This document shows positions 38,899 through 50,383 of a stretch of 64,000 nucleotides of DNA, piece after piece. The stretch covers positions 21,384,950-21,448,949 of the forward strand of contig NC_134029.1 in NCBI RefSeq assembly GCF_964204645.1. The letters run 5' to 3'. The notes below the pieces were generated by a model, which worked only from the letters and a program-made list of their open reading frames with translations, did no database searches and had not been told where the DNA came from. The translations under genes were made by a program, and so were the position numbers. The stretch is from Tubulanus polymorphus. Taxonomy: Eukaryota > Animalia > Nemertea. The number at the start of each line of letters is the position of its first letter. Position 1 is the stretch's first letter.

Positions 38899-41800
38899 TT
38901 AAAAACATCCTTCTTTCCAACTGTCATCATGAAACGACAAGTCCTTTCGGTAAGTCGTCACCGGGAGACTTGACCTGCAAAGTAAATACTTTCAATCAGT
39001 CCCAGTACAGACAATTAACATCATTAATCATTAACAGACAATTTACGTTCATTTATTAAGAAAAAGATTTAATGATTAAGATTTATCAAACCTAAGTCAG
39101 ATGTCAGTAAAAGTCTGCTAGAATCTGACTCGGAAACTGATCCATGGTGCCAAGCTTTCTTGAATAATATACAGTCGAAAATATATAACAACCTGGGAGA
39201 AGGAGCTATGACACATTGATAAAGGCCTTACATGCTAGCGGTTGGATTTCCGGAACGTTGATTAGGCGATACACTCCGCGTTCGTGGACTAGACGCACCA
39301 GAAAAACTGCTATTAAGATAGAATATATAGAAAAACATGCTATTTTAGGTGATACTGAAAGCTGAGGTTACGATATAAATGAATCGGCATCTTCACTAGA
39401 ACGAAAAATTAAATTCTCGAGCGTTTATTTAGAATCCCATAATTTATACACGCCGCAGTGTGATATGCCGTTACTAAGCAATTGAAATTCGAACCAAACT
39501 AAAATACTAAGGCTAAACAAAAATGATACCTTGTTTCTCCGCAGCGGCCGGGTCATTATTATAAAATATGATAAAATTTGTAAACAGTTCATTTCTATAG
39601 CGGCCGGGTCTGTTATGGTAAAATTGATCACGATTTTTAAAAAAGTAATGTATAGGGTAGATAGGCGGCCGGCCGGGTCAACATTTAAGCTCAGCAGAGC
39701 GGAGAAACCAGGTATCAATTTTTTTTAGCCTAATTCTAAGTTCTAGTAAAAAGGTCTAAGTTAGTTGCAGTGTCAGGAGCTAAAGAATAAGCTTGATTAC
39801 AAACAACGAATCTTATCAATATCATGCAATCGAAATACAAAAACAGACAACAATAATCGAATATATATTGAATGAAAGTACGATTAAGTTTCAGGATCTA
39901 GAATATTTCTAAATGTCCGGGATAAATATACGTATATTTTCATCGATATTCTATAGAATATTGAACCTTATTATTTTTGCGAGTCGTAAGGTTTTGTTAT
40001 CCTGAAACGGTTAAAGTGAGAATGGTAGAAGAAAGTTGAGAAACGAACATCTTCATAATCCTCGCTTAGATCGGCAGTAGTTCGCTTAATATATTCGCAC
40101 GATATACAACACTCACAAACAACTGTACGATACTTTAGAGAAAAAAATCCACAGAATTAGATCAAAATGCGTCGCGAACTAAAAGGGGTTAACGAATCGT
40201 TACTTTCAAGCCAACATAAGCAACATTTTGATTTAATCAATTCACAATCAATGACGGAGGGGAGGTATTATTGAAATCGTTTAAAGTACCAATCATCTGA
40301 AATGCGTTGTACGAATCCACTGAAAAAATAGTGCAGCAGTAAATAGTAAAGAGTATATCGCATGCGTCAGAATCAATCCGACCGGTCGGTGATTGTGTTA
40401 AACGGTTTGTTACAGTTGGTTAGATCATTGATTTGAACGTTCGATATTAAAAGCGGTGAATTCTACCGGTGTAGCGCTAGAGCAGATGAAAATCGCCCGA
40501 AAAATATGAATATGATATTTAGATGATTTATGATTGAATTATTCACCTTCGAGCGACGGGTATCCCTCGTTTGGTCGGTGTGGTCATTCCAGACGGACGC
40601 GGAATTCCGACTTTCTTTGGACTGGGAATTCCTGGACGTCGTGCTGTAGTCGAGGGTGACGTGCTCGGCTGACGAAGCCCGCGGGCCGGGGTCGTCTGCC
40701 CCGATGGCGACAGGCGTCCGTTGATTGATGAAGCCGGTGACCTGCGACCGGTCTGGCCGAGGGGTCGTGTAAGATTTTGCGCGGGAGACGTGGCTCGACG
40801 CATATGCGATAGTTTAGAGTCACTATAATTTGGTCGCAATCCGCTGGATTTCAAGTTCGGGAGACTCCTACGAGGAGTAACTGTAATGAAAAGTTATACG
40901 TAGGTTTTAACCTTAGTAGCGTTGAGATAAAGGTAATAAGAATCTTGTAAACAAGTCTGTTGGCTGATTTTATAAAAACTGTGTTTTTATAACATCATTA
41001 TTCATCATTTATCTAATGGTTCTAAATCTTCATATGATTGTCAAAACGATTTTGACAAATTAAGGACTTTTGATAAGCGTTAAGTTAGCTGAATTCAAAT
41101 TACAAGTCTACATTTTGGAAATTGGGGATTTAATTAAAATTTTGCCTTCCTTTAGCTTTGTCGCATGTGCAAATGCTTACGCCATGAAAATTATCACTCA
41201 GCCCAACTCATGGAATCCAACATTCATTGAATATGACTAAAATCTATTTGAATAAATCTCAGTATTACAGTATTACACTATTATCTAGTCTTTGATCCTA
41301 CTAGCCCCAGTTGCCTAACTGTTCTTATATTTTCACCAATACATATGTCCTCCATCAGCGAACTTTTTGTTTTTCGATATGAATAATGTTTTGATTACCG
41401 TACCTATAGAAGGCGGTTCCGTTAAATACTGATTACTACTGTACGGACTCTCAGACGGACTACTCTCATTGCTTCCACTGTTCAGCGAATTGTTTGATGA
41501 TGTTCGGCTGTTAATGCTATTCTTCCTGTGTTGAGGCACGTAGTGTACATCGGCTAGAGACGAAAAGCGGAGATAATGAATTTTTCTTAAAAACATTTTT
41601 CCCTTTGGTTCAATTCGACAATTTTAGTCATGAAGTGCAGCGGTGAAAGGTGACAAAATTTTAGAGCATTTAGGCTAAAAAATTGATACCTCATTTCTCA
41701 TTTCTGCTGAGCATAAAAGTTGACGCTGCTGGCAGCCTATCTACCCTGTACATAACTTTTTTCAAATCATAATCAAGCTGAACATAACAGACCCAACAGC

Positions 41801-44800
41801 TATAGAAATGATTACAAGTTCTTTGCAACTTTACAAAACGACCTGGCCGATTAGGAGAAACGAGGTATCAGCTTTTTTAGCCTTATAATCGATTGACACA
41901 GCAAGAGATTGGTACTTACAATCAAACCTACATGGACTAGAACGATTAGAGCTATGAGAGGACTGCGCGTCGTCATTCTGACTCGATAAATAGAACCCTC
42001 CACCACCGAGTTTCGATCGCGAAGCTGCAAAAAACACCCGTCGTCGTTTTTTAGATCGTTCAGTCATAAATGAAAACTTAATCTTCGGCCCTCGACGACG
42101 ATTCTTTTCAATTCAAAGCGTACAGGATTCGAGAGAGAATCGTGAAATATAGATTAGAGCGAAGGATCGATTGTGAAATTCGTTGCCCGAGTGACATTAT
42201 CGATTGCGGGTTAAAGGAAAATCACTGCAAACGCACGCGTAGAAAAAAATTATGGTAAAAACATGTTAGTTTGAACTCACATTTTCTCGATCCGACCATA
42301 GGTGAAAAACTTTGCCGTAAACCTGAAACGAGACGAGATAAATTTATTCTCTCCAAATACAAGTATAATATTGTACAGGGTCCATTCTAAGCACTTGTAC
42401 GATTGCCCGGGACAAGCATATTATCATAAGGGCAAGTAGGTTATCATTATCACTTGTCCTCCGGGCTAGTGAAATTTAATGTCTCAAAAGCTTTTTGCCA
42501 ATCGATACAACAGTTGGTCTGCTTGTGTAGAGCAAGTAGATTTTTGAGGGGGGCGAGTAAAATTTCAGATATGCTTGCCCCCCGGACAAGTGGCTTTCAT
42601 TCCTTAGATTGGACCCTGTACAACAATTAATATAATGATATATGAGACAATTTTCCAATATTCTATTCCAATTTATATCTTTACAAAGATTGGCGAAGAT
42701 TGTATTTCATCATATGGTCTATAATAGGTATATGCTAAACATGACAGGTCTGAAATGAGAAACCTGGAGAAATTGATATCATTAAACCAGAATGAGGAAA
42801 AGGGTATAGAATCAAACCTATACGAAACCATGAAGAGTAGAAAGAGCCGTTACGACTTATGGCAAGGAAGATGTACAATTTCTAATTTCAAGCTAGAAAT
42901 CGAAGCCCAATACGATGGATATGATAGATGAAAAATCCCACAAATAGAAAGGTTTATTACAGCAGGATCCTTACAGATCTGTCATTTGGATACAAGGAGT
43001 AAACCATTAAATTGGTGGTTTTTGTTAACAAATTTCTTAATGCTAACAAAAAATCAGATTCTAATTCAGTAAACGCTTAATTGGGTCAAGAAAAATCCTA
43101 GTCCCAGCTGTATCGATCGAGGGATAGTTTACTGTACAACTACAAACATTTTTAAATTGAACAAGTTTAAAGCAGTTTTGGGCATTCTGCTCGAATTAAA
43201 GGAGTTTCAAGCAACACCTTTATAAAGAAATTTCTGTTTAAAAGGAGTTTTAAAGGAATCAAGGAGTCATAAGAACCCTTTATTAAAAGATTATTGGAAA
43301 TATTTCAGGTGGTTAAACGATAACTTACTTTCTTCTTGCATTTTAGCGAGCGTTTGCACGTCCAGTATTGTCGTCTCCGGTTTTTTGTCGCCGGAATCGC
43401 TTCCGTTATCAGACGGAGAAACCGAGTCGACGTTATTCGCCGGGTAGTTATAGTCCGATATACGCGGCCGGCTTTTCTTCGAACGAGTAAAAGTTCCCGT
43501 ATCTACTCTGGTACCTACGTATGAAAACAGACAAAAATCACAAATATCAGAAAAGTTATATTCGAATACGAATTCGGGTTAGTAAAAAATTTTGAATTGA
43601 GATTTTTAAAAGTTACAACATGGAATAACACAAAGATAGGAGTGAAAAAAGATTTTGAAAAGACATACTCGAAAATCATGACAATTTAAATACATAAATT
43701 CTATTGAATAAACCAGTTTTTTAATTTAAACCCGAGAGGTCACAAAGTTTAAACTGGCCTGCATGTTGATCACCAGAATTTATCGATCATCGCAATTTCT
43801 TACTCATAGTTCGAAAACTAAATTCGGGACTGATAAATTAAAAATACATCATACATTATCAGCGTATGATCATGACTTCAGTGAATCATTAGTCGCGGCA
43901 ATCATTATAACACTTCAGACAGAATGAAAGGCAATTGATCCTGAAGTTCCAAAGCGCGTTATAAAACGAGATCGCTTGAATAGTAGATTTTTACGGACCT
44001 ACGATTAATCATTTTCAGCCACGGAGACAAAAGCTTCGATCGGGCTTCCGGGAAGCATATGTATCGAGGCTTGGCTTCGTATAGACGTGATATAACTTCA
44101 CCACTTTTTCACCGGTAGCGTTCAGTTAAACCACGTCTACGCGACCACGCCGTTGACACAAGCTCTATGAATGATGAAAGCTCAGTGTTACTAAACTGAA
44201 TTAATGTTGTTTCATGCCAGCAGCGTTAGCATTCGAAATCAGGACGAAGATCCTAATTTTTTTTACATTTTTTTTAAATGAACGATCATGCTACATTACA
44301 TAGTCTCCAAAAACAGACATTTAATAATACTGCCAAATACTCCTGTAATTATGCTATATATATAGTGCTTATTCTTTTTTCAGGTGACATTTTCATCGGA
44401 ATTACATTCAAAGAATATGTTCATTCTAGTAACTGAGAAAAGCGAAGGGAATATTGAAAACGTAAAGATCGAAGATATTCTATGGTTATGAAGGTGGATA
44501 CCGGAACGAACCATCACCTGGAGAATCAGAAATATAATCATCTAGATAAACAGCGTGTAATAGGAAGAAATTATCACTGGCTGGCGGCCAAATAAATTAT
44601 ATACACACCAGCCCTTCATAGTTCCGCGAAATTATTCGAATTACTGGTGGTATTCATTTTATTCATTCATTCAAATTGTATCTGGTTCAACAGTATTTTG
44701 CATTCTTTCAACTACTTGGTTTTCAATTTATAGCTAAGTTTTTAATTCAACTTATGCATATAACGCGCTAGATTATTGTAAACCGTTCTAATATAGTTTG

Positions 44801-47800
44801 CATATACGCCAAGTTACGGGGGTCGATTGCGTTGCTCTTGTTAGAAATCCAACTTAAAAACTTCTCGACCGAAGTGAAGTCCACGGAAGACGATTTAACC
44901 GACTGTAAAAACAAGTCGTTGAAGATTTAAAAAAACCAAGTAATTGTAGAACTGGCAGGCAGCTGACTCAGGAGTATCTGACTACATGCTAGGTCTAAAC
45001 CAGCGTAATACGGATATAGTCACCTATATCAGACCAGATGCTATCTGGCGATAGGTCGACATCGGTATCACCAGCGCCATCTGCAAACAAAATAGCAACA
45101 AAATTCTCCGTTATGTAACAGCAACCACATCTCATAAACCCATAATTCTTGACGTTCAGTCACACACATCCCAGACGAGAGTCTCTCTAGTGAGAGAACA
45201 TAAGAATTTCAATGATTGCTTTTACGATTATAGAATTTTCATATACACGTTATATTGGCTTTTTATATATAATAACTTGGTTAAATAGATCACAATGATA
45301 ATCAGCCTCTTCCGCCGAAATCTTTTGCTCATATATAAACTATTGGATGAAAGCAAGAAAAATGTATGTACAGCCGATATATTGCTTAATCACTGAAGCG
45401 AATGATATTCAATTAGATTGTTCTCTGAACCGAGAGGGAAGGGAATCCCTAGACCGACGAAAACGAGCTTACAAATTGTCTCTCCATTTACGCATATCGT
45501 TACATCAGCTGAAGAATAATTATGACTTCATATAAAAATATTCTATATCGAATTTCAAAACTTAAGCCAAAAACCGATAAAACCCAAAACGAAGGTTTAT
45601 GACACTTCAAAGGATGAAAGTCTGGCTTTGCATTGAAGTTCGTGAATCGATATCAACGGTCTATTTTTAAATTCCTCGCTTTGAGGTTGGGAAAGTATTT
45701 CTCATTTCTGGTTTACTCTGGTTTACTCAATATCGACGTCATGTTGCACGCATTAGGAGTGTGAATAGAGTTCACTGTGAACATGTGTGTATGTGTGTGG
45801 AGGGAGCTGTGAATTATGAGTGGGAGCGATCGAGCTTTACTCAACATACACGAGTGAGTTCACCAACGATGGAGAAACTACTACCGATAACGAACTTCCA
45901 GAATGAAGTAGTACAACGTCGTCGCGGAAGGAATGAGTGTTCATTCATTTTTGATTCGTTCATTCCGATCGCGGTCGGAATTCCACGAAAAAAGATTAGG
46001 TATATACGGTATATAGAAATCAGAAATACGTATAAGACGAAAACAAATAGCATCGTAAAAGAGATAGTAAAACAGAATGAAATCTACAACAACAGTGGTA
46101 AAAAGTTACTTTAAAAAAAATTTGAAATTTTGACAGCGCCACCTTAGTATTATTATAGTAATTGGTTATGACATAGAAAAAATACGACAAATTTCTATAT
46201 TACGATAATACATTACCATTTCTTAGGCCTGTTTGGGAAAAAAGAAAAATTAGAGCAATATAGTGTTAGTCAATAAGTATATAATTTGTTGCCGATATTA
46301 GCTGCTTGCTTGATAAATCTATAATACGTAGAAATAAGCTAGATTGTTTCGTGAATATTACATACCTAATCCAGCAACTAATGGTTGCTTAATAATGGGT
46401 ACTCCATTTGTTTTTGGTGTATTGGTACTGTCCCCGAGTGTATTATACGGAGCGCTGACCGGTGAAGACAAACTCGCTAACGTATGACTGCTTGAACTCC
46501 GTGAAACTATAAAACGTGTTTTAGAAAAAAATCATAAATTAGAAGATCTCTACCAACAAACACATGTTCTACCGAATAAACCTTTACAAACACCGTGGAC
46601 TGGTTCTTTGATGTACAAAAATATTGCCTCTTGAAGGCAGACTTAAGAGGAAAATGTTCAGAACTCTGGGGGCCAGTTCCATAGTCATGGCTTAGACTTA
46701 AGCCCGTCTTAGTTCTATAGCCATTCTAACAACTTAAGACCAGTTTTGTGATTTGAGACCACTTTTGAACGTAAGTCTGAACTATGGAACTGGCCCCTGA
46801 TGTAATAAGTTTTGAACAAATACCTGAAACGTTATTTTCTATTCAATTCTATACTAGCGCCCTAAGATCAAATTCGCTTAAAAGTTGTAATAGCTGGGAT
46901 GATCATTTTCTCTATGACTTATCTACATGACTACCTATCGGGATACCAAACTCGAGCGACAAATTCAGTAATATTACCGCTTAAGCGAGTTTGACTTGTA
47001 TTTCTAGACAAAAAAATCTAACTTCATTCTTAATTGTGGCGTAAAAAGAAAAATATGATATCTGCAGGCAAGACGATTACCTCTTCCACGTGTAACCTCT
47101 TCTAGTTTATACACCAGCGACCGGCGACATGTCTCGATCTCCGGACTAGGATGTTCGAATTCTTCCCGCAACCACTTGTACGGAGTCTGCGATTTCTGCG
47201 ATGGACTCAGTCCTTTTGGTGACTTATACAACCTGATAATACAAACACAACTTAACTTGTTGCAAATTGTCCCTTTCGAAATTTATTTTGGAAAGTAGCT
47301 CTGCCTTCCTCAGCAGCCTAAGCAATGGGATTGTAAATATTATCTTTTAGTAAAATTTAGGCCTACCAACTTGACCATTGACCAGTGTCAATAGTACTAG
47401 AATATAAATTTCCATCAGGCTAGAAATGGACTATTCAATGATGTTTAGTTTATGTGTTTGACATGTATTTTCATCAACATTTTCAGGTTCAGGTCATGAA
47501 GTCAAAATTAGCCCATAATTAGTAAGGATAAGGAGGTATTCTTCTTTCAACCGACAGTCCATTATACAGAAAATTAATCCAACAGCACTTTTTCTGATAG
47601 GCCTGATTGGGGTTTTTAGTATTTTGTTTGTAAAAGCGAGTACCTACGAGGAACTGAAACAGGGAAAAGATGACCATAGTTAGGCGGCAGGGCTACAAAA
47701 AGAGTTAAAATGGGATGCAGGTTGACAATAACAAATCCATAATAGAACATCATAGATCTCGAGGTATAATGTAATACAAAACAATACAATAGAACTCTAT

Positions 47801-48330
47801 TTGTAAATTTCACAATAAAAACATTCAAAATGATAATCAATGTCCACATACAACATGACAAAGGTATACACGTTCGTATGGGGTTTAAAGCCCCTGTGAG
47901 GGAAGGATTTCTCAATAAAGATGTTAGAGGGACCTATGCCCAGTATCAGAGAACCAGACACACGTTTCTCTGCTTACCAATTTTCCTCATCATCTTCATT
48001 CTGAAAACTGCAATCGACATCGATCAAATCCACCGATTCTAACGACGTCGAGTCGGTCGTCGTATCCTGCTTCACATTTTTACAATCGTTATTTAACGTA
48101 TATTTCGGTTTAATTATCTGTTTGTCGATGATATCCAACGAGGTGTTCTGATTTTCGAAATCTGACAGAATTGACAGATCCTGCTGCTGCTGTCTGGTCG
48201 TCGTATTGTTGACATTATTATCAGTTTGTTTATTCCGCAGGATTTCGTTCTGGCGTTCTAGTTTTTTCACTAACTCCTGTAGTTTTTTCACCTCAGATTC
48301 TGGATCAAGTGTAGCATCGTATCCATCCAT
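38899..48330 (-). CDS. SLAIN2: SLAIN motif-containing microtubule plus-end tracking protein (~537 aa)
   Basis: Exons 48330-47978 (EVKKLQELVKKLERQNEILR coiled coil), 47232-47081 (WLYKSPK..W....EHPSPE), 46506-46366, 43514-43329 (DVQTLAKMQEE), 42322-42281 (SLRQ), 42024-41920, 41553-41404, 40880-40547 (RRSLPNL; GIP SxIP-like motifs), 39306-39232, 38974-38899 (DDSWKEGCF*, matching the SLAIN C-terminal WxDGCY/F). Phases are consistent. Probably co-orthologous to SLAIN1/2. Confidence 0.92.
39511..39730 (+). mobile_element. PIF/Harbinger (Tourist-like) MITE, copy 1
   Basis: TIRs GGCTAAA..ATGATACCTTGTTTCTCC ... GGAGAAACCAGGTATCAATTTTTTTTAGCC, with a TAA target-site duplication on both sides (39508-39510, 39731-39733). 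Confidence 0.8.
41673..41882 (-). mobile_element. PIF/Harbinger (Tourist-like) MITE, copy 2, inverted relative to copy 1
   Basis: Same TIRs and a TTA duplication on both sides (41670-41672, 41883-41885). The interior is the reverse complement of copy 1 (e.g. GCCTATCTACCCTGTACAT vs ATGTATAGGGTAGATAGGC). Confidence 0.8.
42376..42618. mobile_element. MITE-like element with CAGGGTCCA TIRs
   Basis: TA|CAGGGTCCATTCTAAG ... CTTAGATTGGACCCTG|TA; internal repeated CCGGGACAAG/CCGGACAAG motif. Confidence 0.7.
46669..46797. mobile_element. MITE-like element
   Basis: 17-bp perfect TIR GGGGCCAGTTCCATAGT ... ACTATGGAACTGGCCCC. Confidence 0.75.
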
Positions 48331-48404
48331 TAGATCGCGTTTACCATTAAAATTCGACGCATAAATCCAAAAATAAATCTCTAAATTCACTCATTTGACA
48401 TCAA

Positions 48405-49265
48405 GTCGGCCATTTTGTTCTGAAACAATTACGCATGCGTAAAAGACGTTCGGTGATTGCTCGCATGCCAGTGTTTGCAATTCTAATTCAATATAGATTA
48501 TTTGTATCAATAAAATTAAATTGAATTCGACAGCTCTTTCTAATCCTAGAAGCAACTAAACCACGGGCTTGTGATGAAACTTTTTTGCACCTGTCAATTC
48601 TGTTCGAACTAGATACTGAAATGATTGCGAGTTTTTTCGGCTGAAGTTAACAAGACACAACGTGTGCCCCGGCCAGTTCCATGAATAAACTCTTAGGCAC
48701 CCGCTTGATGGAGCAAACTCTCAATTTGAAATTGTAACAAAGCCAAATTCTAACATATTAAATAAGCCCTTTCACTCGTCGATATGTTAATAACAATGAC
48801 TTTGATATATTTCTTATAAGCGCTTTACATCACTAAACAATATCAAAGCCGGCCTCTTTACAACAAGATAAAATTGACCAGTGAGTTGAGATAGAATTCT
48901 CTAAATGTTATTCAAATGGAAGACCAAAATCAATCAACAAAAGTGTGAGTTAATTTTTGATAAAGTTTCAAGCAGTTTCACAACCGTCGTCACGTACGCC
49001 ATCACAGTCCTCGTATTGACTTTATGACATCTGGTATTTTCATTAGCGCCTAGCATTTTGTCAGGCAGTTTCAACACCTGCATAGAGTCGCAGATAATAG
49101 GCTTACGTACTGGCCTGACTGGCTCAATCCTCTTTCCCCGATACAAATTACTAGAGAAGGCAGATTTTGTTATTCCCACCAAAACGCGCACCAACTACGA
49201 AACTTAACGTCAGTAAATTAAGATTATTCTCTATATGTATCCATAGCAACCTGAACGTCATCAGC
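48405..49265. promoter_or_regulatory. Divergent promoter region between SLAIN (-) and PHM (+)
   Basis: YY1-like AAAATGGCCG (minus strand, ~48407-48416), NRF1-like palindrome ACGCATGCGT (48431-48440) and RFX X-box GTATCCATAGCAAC (49237-49250). A strong donor GAG|GTAAGT at 49425/49426 suggests a non-coding first PHM exon. Confidence 0.5.
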
Positions 49266-50383
49266 GTGCGACGCAGAACGATGAACAGTGCTGCGTTAGA
49301 TCCCGCCAGTTGACAACGATAGATTCAATTGCCAAGTAAAGATAGCCAGAAACGAGGGATTAACTACGATTCAACTAGGATTTATTTCTCATATAACCAC
49401 GCGACTGTTGATCATATCGAACGAGGTAAGTAATTTTTCGACGCGCAGAAATTGTTTTAAATGTTTTCCAGATGTTCCGTTTTGACACACACATATCGTA
49501 GCTGTATTCATTCTATTGAATAAAGGTAGCGTCCATCTTACACAGAAAATTGATTTATCGGTGCTGCGCATCATTATAATATTTACATGATATCATCGGC
49601 ATTGTGGCTTTACAGTCAGATATTTTGTTACGGTATCAATAGTCATTTTTCAATCTGCCCGTTTACAACAATCTTATCCTTCCAAATTACTCACTTCGGA
49701 GACATGGTATATCTACGTTGATCCATACTAAGTTCATTTTGACGAAAAATCCTTTATTGCCATAAAATACGTATTTGTGCATCACTTGTTTAGTTTCGTT
49801 TTGATAAATGGGATATATAAGGGTGGTTATTTTTGGCCGGGGTGTATACCATCACAAAATCCATTTTTAAGTTCGATGGGTCAGTGGCTGTTTGCAGCAA
49901 AATGTGTGAGCAATAATTTGTAATGTCATCTGATATGGGTGTCCATTAAAAAAAGATTCGAGTCGTTGAGGCTCCTCGATCTCAACCATCCATATAAACT
50001 CTGGTCGCTGCTGTAGTTATATACCATTAAAACTGTAGATAATTTTTGCTGTTCGATATATGATGAAATGTGATATGTACAATATCGAAATGGGGGGAGA
50101 CAGACACCCTGCTAAGTGATTATACAGCGGAAAAATACCAGATGTGACGATCCATTGTGGCTATTTAATCAGAGTAAATGGGTACTGACTCGAAAACCTG
50201 TAACGCTTTAACTCAGGCGCATCACGTAACAATCCGTATTCGATTCCCTTCCTGTTTGTCCAGGAAGGAATATGAGACTTAGAATATGAGACTTGATCAT
50301 AAACCTTGATTATATGAAAGATGCGCGGCTATTCGATGATAAAACTATGCTATGACATTTTCATGATGCATTTTCAGAGGACT

